Shown one piece after another: positions 26,356 to 35,651 of a stretch of 64,000 nt of DNA. This DNA comes from Candidatus Gottesmanbacteria bacterium (GTDB taxonomy: Bacteria; Patescibacteriota; Microgenomatia; 2-02-FULL-39-11). The position numbers and the translations under genes are program-made. The notes beneath the pieces were generated by a model. That model did no database searches and had not been told where the DNA came from. It worked only from the letters and a program-made list of their open reading frames with translations. Each line of letters opens with the position of its first letter. Positions within the stretch are counted from its first letter, which is position 1. Location: positions 716,943-780,942 of the forward strand of contig JACPKY010000002.1 in the NCBI GenBank assembly GCA_016186795.1. Reading direction: 5' to 3'.

Positions 26356-28284
26356 ATGGAAAAGATGAAACATGCAGTCTTTCTCATCATCTGCATAGTT
26401 GCTCTGCTCGGACTCCTTTCAACACAGGAAAAAGTTCGACAATTTCTTTCAATAGCAGCACCCACTCCAGCAAATATTACAATTGATGTACAAAATAGTA
26501 AACAGCCTCTCTTTCTCCCGTGGCTAAATTTTGCACAGGGAGGTGAAGAACCTACTCAGATGCTTTCTCCAGCCATTTCAGCTATGCAGCAACTGCGTCC
26601 CCAATACGTACGAATTGACCATATCTATGATTATTATGTTCAAATGGCGAAAGGAAATGATGGCTATTCATATGATTTCACCCAACTTGATAAAACAGTT
26701 GATGATATACTGACGATGGGCGCGCTCCCTTTTTTCAGCCTTTCATACATGCCAAAGATTTTCACTGAAAACGAATCAGTCATTGATCAACCTTCTAATT
26801 GGCAAGATTGGTCGAATCTTGTACAAAAAACCATCGAACACTATAGTGGAAAGAAGTTCAAAAACCTTACTCATGTATACTATGAGTTGTGGAATGAACC
26901 GGAACTTCCACAATTTGGATCATGGAAACTCTCCTCTCCAAAAGATTACCGCATGCTCTATTACTACACTTCCATTGGTGCACAGAATGCGCAAAACGTC
27001 AATGAATTTTCACTCGGCGGCCCGTCAGTTGGATCCTACTACCCTTCCTGGGTTTCTGATTTTGTGGCGTTTGTGGAACAAAATAACCTTCGACTCGACT
27101 TTTACTCTTGGCATAGATACGGTACAAATCCAGAAATATTTGTGAACGACGCCAAAAATATTCGGTCTAAACTAGCACGGTTTCCCACGTATAAAGATAT
27201 CCCACTCATTCTTTCTGAATGGGGATTAGACTCTGACAATACTGATCGGAATAATTCCGATGCTGCGGGAGCATTTACAATAGCAGCTGCGAGGAATTTC
27301 ATAAATCGAATTGAGAAAGCATTTGCGTTTGAAATTAAAGACGGTCCTCCCCCTAATGGTGGAAAATGGGGACTTCTTACCCATGAGAGAACAACAACAC
27401 CTCTTTCACGAAAACCGCGATACAAGGCATTTCAAACCTTAACGAAACTTTCGGGAGAACTCCTTCCACTTTCTGGGGAAGGAACATTCGTATCGGCAAT
27501 AGGAACAGTCGAAAACAACGCATATAAAGTTATTATCAGTAATTATGACCTTGCAGGAAAAAATGCTGAAAATGTACCAGTCACGTTTTCGCGTCTTGCC
27601 CCGGGACAATACACCCTCACCTACACGTATCCTCTTTCTGAAATTACTGGTCAGTATGACGATACAACAACAACTGGTGTACTATCTCACTTGTTTCCAC
27701 TTCAACCGAACTCCCTCTTATTTCTTCAATTGACTCCGGTATCACAATTTGCAGACCGCTCTCAAGGCGCAAGTGGTACATCAGATGATTTTTCGCTCCC
27801 TCTCACTCATCTTGAAACTTCGCTTATCTTCACAACACCAACCTTTTATCTCACTTCCCAAGGAAGTGTTGAATTTGACCTTCAGGTTTTATGGGATGAT
27901 AACAATGGAGCATTTTATATATTTGAAATCCCCTACACAGATTCAGGAGGATCTATTAGAAAACTATCACTTGTTAAACAAACAACGGGAAAAAATCACT
28001 TCCTTACTCTTTTAACTGAAGAGGGAACCAGTCAAAAAATTACACATCGAATTGATTCGTGGGAGAAAAATTCCTGGCATCATATAACTGTTAAATGGGA
28101 TAGCAAAGATATATCCCTTGAAGTTGATGGGAAAAACGCTCTAGAATTTCCCCTTCGTCTTACAATCAATGAAGGCAAAACACTTACTTTTCCAGCCTCT
28201 CCAATAGCTATTGATAACCTTATTATCCGAATGAATGGGAAAATTCTTATAGAACGACACTTCAACAGAGATATAGACTCATAG
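26356..28284 (+). CDS. Secreted clan GH-A glycoside hydrolase (GH39/GH5-like) with C-terminal LamG/ConA-like domain
   Basis: Signal peptide MEKMKHAVFLIICIVALLGLLS. Acid/base motif YYELWNEPE and nucleophile region LILSEWG. The C-terminal 200 aa are beta-rich (HITVKWDSKDISLEVDGKN...), consistent with a lectin-like domain. Confidence 0.5.
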   Translation: MEKMKHAVFLIICIVALLGLLSTQEKVRQFLSIAAPTPANITIDVQNSKQPLFLPWLNFAQGGEEPTQMLSPAISAMQQLRPQYVRIDHIYDYYVQMAKGNDGYSYDFTQLDKTVDDILTMGALPFFSLSYMPKIFTENESVIDQPSNWQDWSNLVQKTIEHYSGKKFKNLTHVYYELWNEPELPQFGSWKLSSPKDYRMLYYYTSIGAQNAQNVNEFSLGGPSVGSYYPSWVSDFVAFVEQNNLRLDFYSWHRYGTNPEIFVNDAKNIRSKLARFPTYKDIPLILSEWGLDSDNTDRNNSDAAGAFTIAAARNFINRIEKAFAFEIKDGPPPNGGKWGLLTHERTTTPLSRKPRYKAFQTLTKLSGELLPLSGEGTFVSAIGTVENNAYKVIISNYDLAGKNAENVPVTFSRLAPGQYTLTYTYPLSEITGQYDDTTTTGVLSHLFPLQPNSLLFLQLTPVSQFADRSQGASGTSDDFSLPLTHLETSLIFTTPTFYLTSQGSVEFDLQVLWDDNNGAFYIFEIPYTDSGGSIRKLSLVKQTTGKNHFLTLLTEEGTSQKITHRIDSWEKNSWHHITVKWDSKDISLEVDGKNALEFPLRLTINEGKTLTFPASPIAIDNLIIRMNGKILIERHFNRDIDS

Positions 28285-28288
28285 AATG

Positions 28289-29941
28289 CTATAAATCATT
28301 AACTATCTCCTCTGATGTATCAATAAGCACATCTTGTCTTTTATGACGGATGTTTGCGGCAATTCGTGTCAAAATTGTTACCTGTGGTACTTCCAGAAAC
28401 CAAGCAAGGAAAAAATATACCGAGAGTCCCATCACCGTAGAAATACCAGTAAGGAGAAAGAGGTTGATAGTCCGAGTTGTGTCAAAGACTAGCTGGTCAA
28501 AAAGTTTTATCGGGATATAAAGTGCCACACCAGTCACAATGCCGGAGAGAAAAATTTTAAGAGTGGGCATAAGAAGTTCATATCGATTAAATGCACCTAT
28601 TTTTCTATCCAGAAGAAATAAAAGAAAGACCATGTTTACAATACTTGCGATCGATGCGGACAATCCCAAAGCCCATACTTCCCATCTATATACTTTAATA
28701 AAAATGATAGAAAGAGCTGTATTCATTAAAACGCTCACCGCTCCGACAAGTAAAGGAGTTTTACTATCATGGAGGGCATAAAAGCTTCTCGCAAGGAGAT
28801 GAATGATCGCTTGTGCAAAGAGAGAAATACTAAAATATGCAAGTGTTCTACTCGTCTCAAAAGTCGTTGTTATATCAAAAAGAGAACGTATACCATAGAC
28901 CAACCGTACGACTGGAAATCTCAGTACTATTAAAATAGCCGATAGCGGCACTACAAGAAACAAAATCTGATGGAATGATGATAAAAATATTTTTTTGAAT
29001 GTTTCAATATCTTTCTTGGCATGAAGGGAGGAAAGAGAAGGAAAAGTCGCTTGTGCGATACTCGCCCCAAAAAGTCCTATTGGTAACTGCTGGAGATGTT
29101 GAGCAAAATTAAAAGCAGTTACCGACGCGGCTCCAAGAAGTGTGGAAAGAACCAAATCAATCGTTGTATCGATCTGAGAGACGGCAAGTCCCACAGTTCT
29201 CGGAAACATAAGTTTTCCGACTTCGCGTGTACCAGGGTCCTTCGTGTCGAATACAAACCGATATCGATACCCATGAGCAAAAACAATAGGTATTTGAATC
29301 ACTGCAAAAAGAAAGGCTCCTAGCACAACTCCCAAAACAGGTCCATACAATCCCACATAAGGAGAAAGAAATACTATTCCAAGAATAATACCAACGTTGT
29401 ACACAATTGGAGCAATAGAAGGGAGGAGAAAATTGCGAAATGACTGCAAAATACCTGTAAAAAAATTTCCGATGATAAGGGGGAAAACCTGAGCAACAAT
29501 CATTATTTGTGTAAACGATGCCATTTGCACAATTTCTCCTTCTGTAAAACCCGGTGCAAGAATATGAGATATCTCTTTGGCAAAAATCACCATGGGCAAA
29601 GAAAAGATAAAAAAGAGTAACGTACCAATTGTAATGATGGAAGATGCCATACGGAAGGCAGCTTCTTTCCCTTTTGTATCAAGATGTGCAGTAAAAACTG
29701 GAATAAACGCAGAAGAAAGCGCACCCATAACCAGTAATTCAAAAATCATATTCGGAATCCGGAATGCTGCAATGTAAACACCAAGTTGGGAGGGAGTAAA
29801 GTGTGTTGCAAGCAACCAATCTCTCACAAGCCCCAAAACACGCGACAGTAAAACGGCAACCATAATTACTGTTGCTGCCGATATGATGCTTGTTTGACTT
29901 TTGGAAAAGAAACGGAATGTATGCTTAAACAGCTTGACCAT
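28289..29941 (-). CDS. murJ: Lipid II flippase MurJ (MviN)
   Basis: MVKLFKHTFRFFSKS...AATVIMVAVLLSRVLGLVRD is a typical MurJ N-terminus, and the protein is polytopic (about 14 TM). Start moved to the internal Met. Confidence 0.8.
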   Translation of the reverse strand: MVKLFKHTFRFFSKSQTSIISAATVIMVAVLLSRVLGLVRDWLLATHFTPSQLGVYIAAFRIPNMIFELLVMGALSSAFIPVFTAHLDTKGKEAAFRMASSIITIGTLLFFIFSLPMVIFAKEISHILAPGFTEGEIVQMASFTQIMIVAQVFPLIIGNFFTGILQSFRNFLLPSIAPIVYNVGIILGIVFLSPYVGLYGPVLGVVLGAFLFAVIQIPIVFAHGYRYRFVFDTKDPGTREVGKLMFPRTVGLAVSQIDTTIDLVLSTLLGAASVTAFNFAQHLQQLPIGLFGASIAQATFPSLSSLHAKKDIETFKKIFLSSFHQILFLVVPLSAILIVLRFPVVRLVYGIRSLFDITTTFETSRTLAYFSISLFAQAIIHLLARSFYALHDSKTPLLVGAVSVLMNTALSIIFIKVYRWEVWALGLSASIASIVNMVFLLFLLDRKIGAFNRYELLMPTLKIFLSGIVTGVALYIPIKLFDQLVFDTTRTINLFLLTGISTVMGLSVYFFLAWFLEVPQVTILTRIAANIRHKRQDVLIDTSEEIVNDL

Positions 29942-29956
29942 TGGCCCTGTTCCTAG

Positions 29957-29962
29957 TATACT
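29957..29962 (+). promoter_or_regulatory. -10-like TATACT, 7 nt upstream of the rpsT ATG (leaderless arrangement)
   Basis: The sequence is cctagTATACTacaacacATG. Confidence 0.35.
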
Positions 29963-29969
29963 ACAACAC

Positions 29970-30263
29970 ATGCCAATTACAGAAGGCGCCAAGAAAAAGC
30001 TACGACAGGACAAGAAAAGAACCGAGAGGAATTTACGGAGTAAAAATACATTAAAACAAGCGATAAAAAAACTGAAAAAAACTCCTTCGCAAAAAAATCT
30101 CTCTCTTGTATTTCGCCTCCTTGATATTTCAGGAAAAAAGAATATGTTTCACAAGAATAAAATCAAGAGGTTGAAATCAAAATTCTCCCAAATTTCGAAA
30201 ATGAAAAGCAGTAAAAAACAAGAATCAGTGACAAAAAAGGGGCAAAACAGAGCAAAAAAATAG
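29970..30263 (+). CDS. rpsT: 30S ribosomal protein bS20 with Lys-rich C-terminal extension
   Basis: MPITEGAKKKLRQDKKRTERNLRSKNTLKQAIKKL is the bS20 N-terminal helix pattern. The ORF-track start at 29901 is a TTG and represents an upstream extension. Confidence 0.75.
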   Translation: MPITEGAKKKLRQDKKRTERNLRSKNTLKQAIKKLKKTPSQKNLSLVFRLLDISGKKNMFHKNKIKRLKSKFSQISKMKSSKKQESVTKKGQNRAKK

Positions 30264-30332
30264 AGAGCAATTTCTTCATTCTTCTCCTTTTTTCCACTCG
30301 AAGTCCTTCATCACTCGTAGTATGATAGAACT

Positions 30333-30890
30333 ATGCCTGCCCGCCATAAGCCTGTCAATATCAACCTTATCATAAAAGATGAACTTGGAGAGTCTTTTTC
30401 TGGACAACTTCTTAAATGGGCACTCACCTATGGAAGATATACTATTATCATTACGCAGATCATTGTCCTCTCTGTTTTTTTCCTCCGGTTTAAATTAGAT
30501 AGAGATCACACAGATCTAAAAGAATCGGTTGCCCAAAAACAGGCGATTGTTGAATCTGTCACAGACCTCGAGGTAGAAATTCGAAGGGTTCAAGACCGTC
30601 TCGCAAATATCAAGAAGTTGTCTCAAAATCAGGAAGTCCCATTGAATGTCATCCTTTTTTTCCAGGATCAATCACCGTCAGATACTCTCTTTGATTCTTT
30701 CAATCTCAATGGGAATAAACTGGCATTTTCTGCATCAGTTGCAAACCTTCGCAGTTTTTCATTTTTTATGAATGTACTGCAAGAAAATAAAAGCTTTTCT
30801 GAGGTAACGCTCAGCGAAATAAGTAGACGTCCAAATGGAAGAGTCGAATTTAAAATCGATACAAAAATTAATCCCATTCAATTCCAATGA
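30333..30890 (+). CDS. PilN-like type IV pilus inner-membrane component
   Basis: N-terminal KPVNINLIIKDE (similar to the INLLP PilM-binding motif), one TM, and a coiled-coil plus alpha/beta periplasmic domain. It overlaps the next gene by 4 nt. Confidence 0.45.
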   Translation: MPARHKPVNINLIIKDELGESFSGQLLKWALTYGRYTIIITQIIVLSVFFLRFKLDRDHTDLKESVAQKQAIVESVTDLEVEIRRVQDRLANIKKLSQNQEVPLNVILFFQDQSPSDTLFDSFNLNGNKLAFSASVANLRSFSFFMNVLQENKSFSEVTLSEISRRPNGRVEFKIDTKINPIQFQ

Positions 30891-31498
30891 AACAGTTAAA
30901 CTTCCATCAACCGCTCTTACGAAATACATACAAACGATTTTCTCCTCTTATAACCAATAGAAAAACCGCCTCTTATCTTACTCTGACACTTACTCTCCTA
31001 TCGCTTTCTTTCTTCGGAATATTTGCCGTTCGCCCAACACTTATAACAGCAGTATCCCTGTTTCGCAGCGTTTCAGATTTAAAACAGTTAAATACTGAAT
31101 ACGAACAAAAAATCGGAGATATCATTCGAGCCCAAGCTGAGTATGAAAAAATTCTGAATGATATACCTGTGATAAATGGATCTCTTCCACAAAATCCTGC
31201 ATTCAGTCAAGTTGCTGGAAATATTGAAAAATTTGCTTCTCGTGAAGGATTTACTATCACCCAACTCCAAATCGACAATGTTCCCATATCGACACCTTCA
31301 AGTACGAATCGTATCTCTGAATTTGGGTTCCGAGTAATTGGTACGGGTGACTATCAAACGGTAATGGCTTTTTTTTCTCACCTCTTAAACTGGAGGCGAA
31401 TTGTTTCCATAAACTCATTTGATATGACTCCTGAAGGAAGTACAAATAGTGGGACCTTAAGACTCTCACTACGAGCGCTCACATACTATGAACCATAA
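30887..31498 (+). CDS. PilO-like type IV pilus inner-membrane component
   Basis: N-terminal TM (LTLTLTLLSLSFFGIFAV), a coiled coil, and a ferredoxin-like domain. The gene order is that of pilN then pilO. Confidence 0.4.
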   Translation: MKQLNFHQPLLRNTYKRFSPLITNRKTASYLTLTLTLLSLSFFGIFAVRPTLITAVSLFRSVSDLKQLNTEYEQKIGDIIRAQAEYEKILNDIPVINGSLPQNPAFSQVAGNIEKFASREGFTITQLQIDNVPISTPSSTNRISEFGFRVIGTGDYQTVMAFFSHLLNWRRIVSINSFDMTPEGSTNSGTLRLSLRALTYYEP

Positions 31499-31676
31499 AG
31501 AATTTGCAATTCTTGCCATTATTCTTTTTCTCTCCGTTTTTGCGTGGATTTTCTTTGGAATTTATCACGCACGAACCACCTCGACTGTTTCTCAAAAAGA
31601 ACTCCACCAGGTAGTTCCGTTGACACCTAAATTCGACAATGACATAATCAATGTACTCAGAGGCAGGGAGGAGTAG
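31488..31676 (+). CDS. Small single-pass membrane protein (62 aa) in the pilN/pilO-like cluster
   Basis: TM FAILAIILFLSVFAWIFFGIY. It is translationally coupled on both sides. Confidence 0.25.
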   Translation: MNHKEFAILAIILFLSVFAWIFFGIYHARTTSTVSQKELHQVVPLTPKFDNDIINVLRGREE

Positions 31677-33035
31677 ATGTATCGAAAGGAAAGAAAATTA
31701 CCAACGCTTATTGCCCTCTTTTTACTCTGTCTTGGATTTGGTGGGATTATCTATCTTGACAAACAGATTCCCCAAACGATCACCTCTGCAAAATCGGCTA
31801 TCCTTCCTCAAGAAATTCACTTTACGAATATCTCGGATTCATCACTGACGGTATCGTGGGTAACTGAGAAAGCGGAAAAGGGAAGTGCACAAATAAAAGT
31901 CGGAGAGAAAACGTTTACTTATTTTGACGTTAGTGATGTCGATAACATATCACGTGCGCGTACAACCCACTATATTACGTTCAAAAGTCTTAATGAGAGT
32001 ACTCCCTATACGGTAAAAATTATAAGTGGCGACCCACGGTGTGATCCAAAAGAGGTATGTCCTTCATTTGAAAAAAGTACAGCGAAAAAAATTACTCCTT
32101 CTACCAATCTTTCTCCTGTCCGCGGCACGATCGTTACTCCAGATAATCAACCAGTGGATGGATCTATTGTCTATCTCGTCATTGGGCAAAGCCTCCCTCT
32201 TTCTGGAAGAACAGATACTTCCGGACTCTGGGTAATATCTTTACAAAATCTACTCATGACAAATACTGAAACGCGATTAGAACCAAAAGACACCGACCCT
32301 GTTGAAATAACGGCAATTCTGACACCAGAGAAAAAAACTACACTCACAACTACCTTTAAAGCGATCCGGGAAAACGGCATCATTCCAGTCATGATGATTG
32401 GAAGATCGTATAATTTCCCCAATTCTCTTGGCTTAGAAGAGGGAAATTCTTCCACCAATACAACACTTGGAGCATCTGATGAGAAACTACCACAACCATC
32501 CGGAAATGGGAATATTCAACTCTACTTCCCCGTAAAAGAGAGTGAAACAACAACCGATACAAACCCTCGTTTCCGAGGAACTGGACTGAAAGGTACCCAA
32601 CTTCTTATCACCGTCAACTCTACCCCACAGACGGCTAAAATTACTGTTGGAAACGACGGTACATGGTCATGGAGACCTCCAAAATCACTCCCACCTGGAG
32701 AACATTATATTAGTGTCGAAGGGTACGATGAACGTGGAAAACTCATTTCTGTAAAACGGAAGTTTATTGTATTAAAAAGTGGCGAAAGCGTCTTAGGAGA
32801 AGCAACCTCTTCGGCAACTCTTACCCCCTCACCTATCCCTACTGATAGTCCTACTCCAACACCAACAATCTTTACTACCCCATCCCCATCTCTTTCCCTC
32901 ACCCCAACTCAAACACTTACTCCAACAGCACTTCCGAAAGTAGAACCCCCTCCCACAGGAAGTTGGCAGTATTTAGGAATTTTATTAGTACTTGGGACGA
33001 CACTTACAGCTTTTGGGGTTCTCTTACTACTCTAA
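31677..33035 (+). CDS. Cell-surface protein with Fn3-like and Ig-like (Big) domains, a Pro/Thr-rich stalk and a C-terminal hydrophobic anchor
   Basis: Signal/TM LPTLIALFLLCLGFGGIIYL. Fn3-like SDSSLTVSWVTEKAEKG...TPYTVKI. Ig-like ...GTQLLITVNSTPQTAKITVGNDGTWSWRPPKSLPPGEHYISVEGYD. A PT-rich linker TPSPIPTDSPTPTPTIFTTPSPSLSLTPTQTLTPT. The C-terminus is ...PPTGSWQYLGILLVLGTTLTAFGVLLLL. Confidence 0.5.
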   Translation: MYRKERKLPTLIALFLLCLGFGGIIYLDKQIPQTITSAKSAILPQEIHFTNISDSSLTVSWVTEKAEKGSAQIKVGEKTFTYFDVSDVDNISRARTTHYITFKSLNESTPYTVKIISGDPRCDPKEVCPSFEKSTAKKITPSTNLSPVRGTIVTPDNQPVDGSIVYLVIGQSLPLSGRTDTSGLWVISLQNLLMTNTETRLEPKDTDPVEITAILTPEKKTTLTTTFKAIRENGIIPVMMIGRSYNFPNSLGLEEGNSSTNTTLGASDEKLPQPSGNGNIQLYFPVKESETTTDTNPRFRGTGLKGTQLLITVNSTPQTAKITVGNDGTWSWRPPKSLPPGEHYISVEGYDERGKLISVKRKFIVLKSGESVLGEATSSATLTPSPIPTDSPTPTPTIFTTPSPSLSLTPTQTLTPTALPKVEPPPTGSWQYLGILLVLGTTLTAFGVLLLL

Positions 33036-33060
33036 AATAATAGAGTATCCCGAAATATTT

Positions 33061-33750
33061 TTATGTCCGCAGTGAAATCTGCACAATCTCCAAAAAGATG
33101 TATGGATCAAGACTTGCTTTTCCTAATAGAATTCCATCGATTGCATCCATTTTTAAAAACTCCTCCACGTTTTTGACTGTTACACTCCCTCCATAGAGAA
33201 CATATTGTAGCGGATGAGCCTTTTTCACCACCGATGCAACTTTGTTTGCATTTTCGGGTGAATCCGAAGTTCCTGAACCAATTGCCCAAACAGGCTCGTA
33301 AGCCACATATCTGACTCCGATAGGAATAGGTGTTTCCTCGTTTTGGATGCAGTAAAGCGTTTCAAGGTGTGCATTTTTCGCAAGATGCACCTTTTCGGTA
33401 AGCGTACGTTCCTCTTCCCCAAGAAGCTTTCTCCGTTCAGAATGCCCAATAAGGACGTACTTGGCATATTGCGCAACCATTTGAGCTGTTACTTCCCCCG
33501 TGTACGCTCCGGAAGGATATGAAGAAACCGTCTGGGCACCAATTGAAAGAGGAAGCCGGAAATGATCTATCAGATGTTTTGCAAGCGACAGGTAGATAAA
33601 CGGAACAAAAAGAATACACTCTACACTGTGACTTTTTTCAAAGCTATCCTTTTTCTGTTTTTCGGCAAACTGTTTAAACCAGTCGTGTACATCTCCCTCT
33701 GATTTATAAGACTTCCAATTCCCTGCGATAATTTTTGTCTTTCGTTCCAT
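33061..33750 (-). CDS. tpiA: Triosephosphate isomerase
   Basis: KIIAGNWKSY, ...GHSERR, YEPVWAIGSG. Confidence 0.85.
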   Translation of the reverse strand: MERKTKIIAGNWKSYKSEGDVHDWFKQFAEKQKKDSFEKSHSVECILFVPFIYLSLAKHLIDHFRLPLSIGAQTVSSYPSGAYTGEVTAQMVAQYAKYVLIGHSERRKLLGEEERTLTEKVHLAKNAHLETLYCIQNEETPIPIGVRYVAYEPVWAIGSGTSDSPENANKVASVVKKAHPLQYVLYGGSVTVKNVEEFLKMDAIDGILLGKASLDPYIFLEIVQISLRT

Positions 33751-33788
33751 ATCCTACTTACTATGGTAATATAAAGTATTATTTTATC

Positions 33789-35624
33789 ATGAACTTTCCC
33801 CTTCTGAAAGATTTAAATAGTGAACAGTTTCGCGCCGTTGAGGAAAACGAAGGGCCAATTCTTATCCTAGCAGGTGCAGGTTCTGGCAAAACCCGTGTCC
33901 TTACATTCAAAACTGCATACCTGATTCAGGAGAAAAACGTTGATCCCGGAAATATTTTTATGGTGACGTTCACCAACAAAGCAGCAACCGAAATGAAAAA
34001 GCGTATAGAGATGTTACTTACAAGAAGTCAAAAAGAATCCTTTCGTACCCCATTTGCAGGGACGTTCCATGCATTCTGTGCTCGAATACTTCGAAGAAGC
34101 GGAGGATCAATTGGGATTCCTCCAAACTTCAGTATCTATGATACGCAAGATAGTAAAGAAGCTATAAAAGAGGTTATGAGAAAATTAGATCTGGACCAAA
34201 AGAAATACAATCCAGCTTCAGCAGCTGTCATGATCTCACAGGCGAAAAACGAACTTATCTCAGAGATAGATTACTTCCACTATGTACGAGGTCATTTTCA
34301 AGAAGTAATTGCTGGCGTATATGTTGAATACCAAAAATTACTCCGAAAAAATGGAGCGTTAGACTTTGATGATCTCATCATGGTAACTGTCACACTTCTT
34401 CGAACTGATACGTCATGCGCCACCTACTATCAAAGTCTCATTCACTACCTTTTAGTTGATGAATATCAAGATACAAACCACGGCCAGTATGAATTGACAA
34501 AACTCTTATCATGGGGAAGGAAAAATATTTGCGTCGTGGGAGACGCTTCACAAAGTATTTATGCATGGCGTGGTGCAGATTTCCGAAATATCATAAAGTT
34601 TCGAGAGGATTATCCAGAGGCCAAAATATTTCATTTAGAACAGAACTATCGATCGACAAAAAAAATCCTTGAGGCGGCAAATAGTGTCATATCGAAAAAT
34701 ACATCTCATCCGATCCTTACTCTCTGGACAAAAAAACCAAGCGGATACCCTATTATGGTTTACCAAGCGAGTAATGAACACCATGAAGTCGACCTCATTG
34801 TTATGGAGATTAAAAAAGAACAATCATTCCACAACAGACCTTACTCTGATATTGCAATTCTTTACCGAACCAATGCACAAAGTCGGATCTTTGAAGAAGC
34901 ATTTCTCCGAGCAGGAATTCCGTATATCCTCGTTGGCGGAATACGTTTCTATGAACGGAAAGAAGTAAAAGATGTCCTTTCGTACCTACGACTTTTGGAC
35001 AACCCGAACGACTCGGTATCGCTAACACGCGTACAGAAAATAGGTAAAAAGAGATCCACTCAGTTTTTGGAATTTCTCTCGGAGTTTCAATCATCAACAC
35101 GTCTTCAAAAGATGAGCACAACTGATCTCCTCACGAAAGTTTTGGAAATAACAAACTACCGTGCGTTATATAATCCAGAGATTGAAGAAGAACTTTCTAA
35201 ACTTGAAAATATCCGTGAGTTAAACTCTGTTGCTACTGAATTTCCACGTCTTCCTGATTTTCTTGAAAATGTTGCACTGGTCGAACAAGAATATTTCCCA
35301 AACTTGCCGAGTAATCGTACAAAACAAACCGACGCAATCACTCTTATGACTTTGCATGCCGCAAAGGGACTTGAATTTCCTCTCGTTTTTATGGTCGGCA
35401 TGGAAGAAGGATTATTTCCTCACGCAAAAACACTTTTTGAACCACTGGAGCTTGAAGAAGAGAGAAGACTCTGCTATGTGGGAATGACTCGGGCTATGGA
35501 AAAACTTTATCTAACCTATGCAAATCGTAGACTTTTCTTTGGCCAGAAAAATAGCAATCAAATTTCTCGTTTTCTTTTTGATATCCCTGAGCATTTACTT
35601 CAAATGGCTCTCGGCACATTCTAA
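33789..35624 (+). CDS. UvrD/PcrA/Rep-type superfamily 1 DNA helicase
   Basis: LNSEQFRAVEENEGPILILAGAGSGKTRVLT (motif I), DEYQDTN (motif II), QNYRST, and VGMTRA. Start moved to the internal Met at 33789 to avoid a divergent overlap with tpiA. Confidence 0.8.
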   Translation: MNFPLLKDLNSEQFRAVEENEGPILILAGAGSGKTRVLTFKTAYLIQEKNVDPGNIFMVTFTNKAATEMKKRIEMLLTRSQKESFRTPFAGTFHAFCARILRRSGGSIGIPPNFSIYDTQDSKEAIKEVMRKLDLDQKKYNPASAAVMISQAKNELISEIDYFHYVRGHFQEVIAGVYVEYQKLLRKNGALDFDDLIMVTVTLLRTDTSCATYYQSLIHYLLVDEYQDTNHGQYELTKLLSWGRKNICVVGDASQSIYAWRGADFRNIIKFREDYPEAKIFHLEQNYRSTKKILEAANSVISKNTSHPILTLWTKKPSGYPIMVYQASNEHHEVDLIVMEIKKEQSFHNRPYSDIAILYRTNAQSRIFEEAFLRAGIPYILVGGIRFYERKEVKDVLSYLRLLDNPNDSVSLTRVQKIGKKRSTQFLEFLSEFQSSTRLQKMSTTDLLTKVLEITNYRALYNPEIEEELSKLENIRELNSVATEFPRLPDFLENVALVEQEYFPNLPSNRTKQTDAITLMTLHAAKGLEFPLVFMVGMEEGLFPHAKTLFEPLELEEERRLCYVGMTRAMEKLYLTYANRRLFFGQKNSNQISRFLFDIPEHLLQMALGTF

Positions 35625-35634
35625 CAACACATCG

Positions 35635-35640
35635 TATAAT
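35635..35640 (+). promoter_or_regulatory. TATAAT -10 box 11 nt upstream of the femAB-like ATG
   Basis: The sequence is atcgTATAATatactcacagtATG, with no Shine-Dalgarno. Confidence 0.35.
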
Positions 35641-35651
35641 ATACTCACAGT

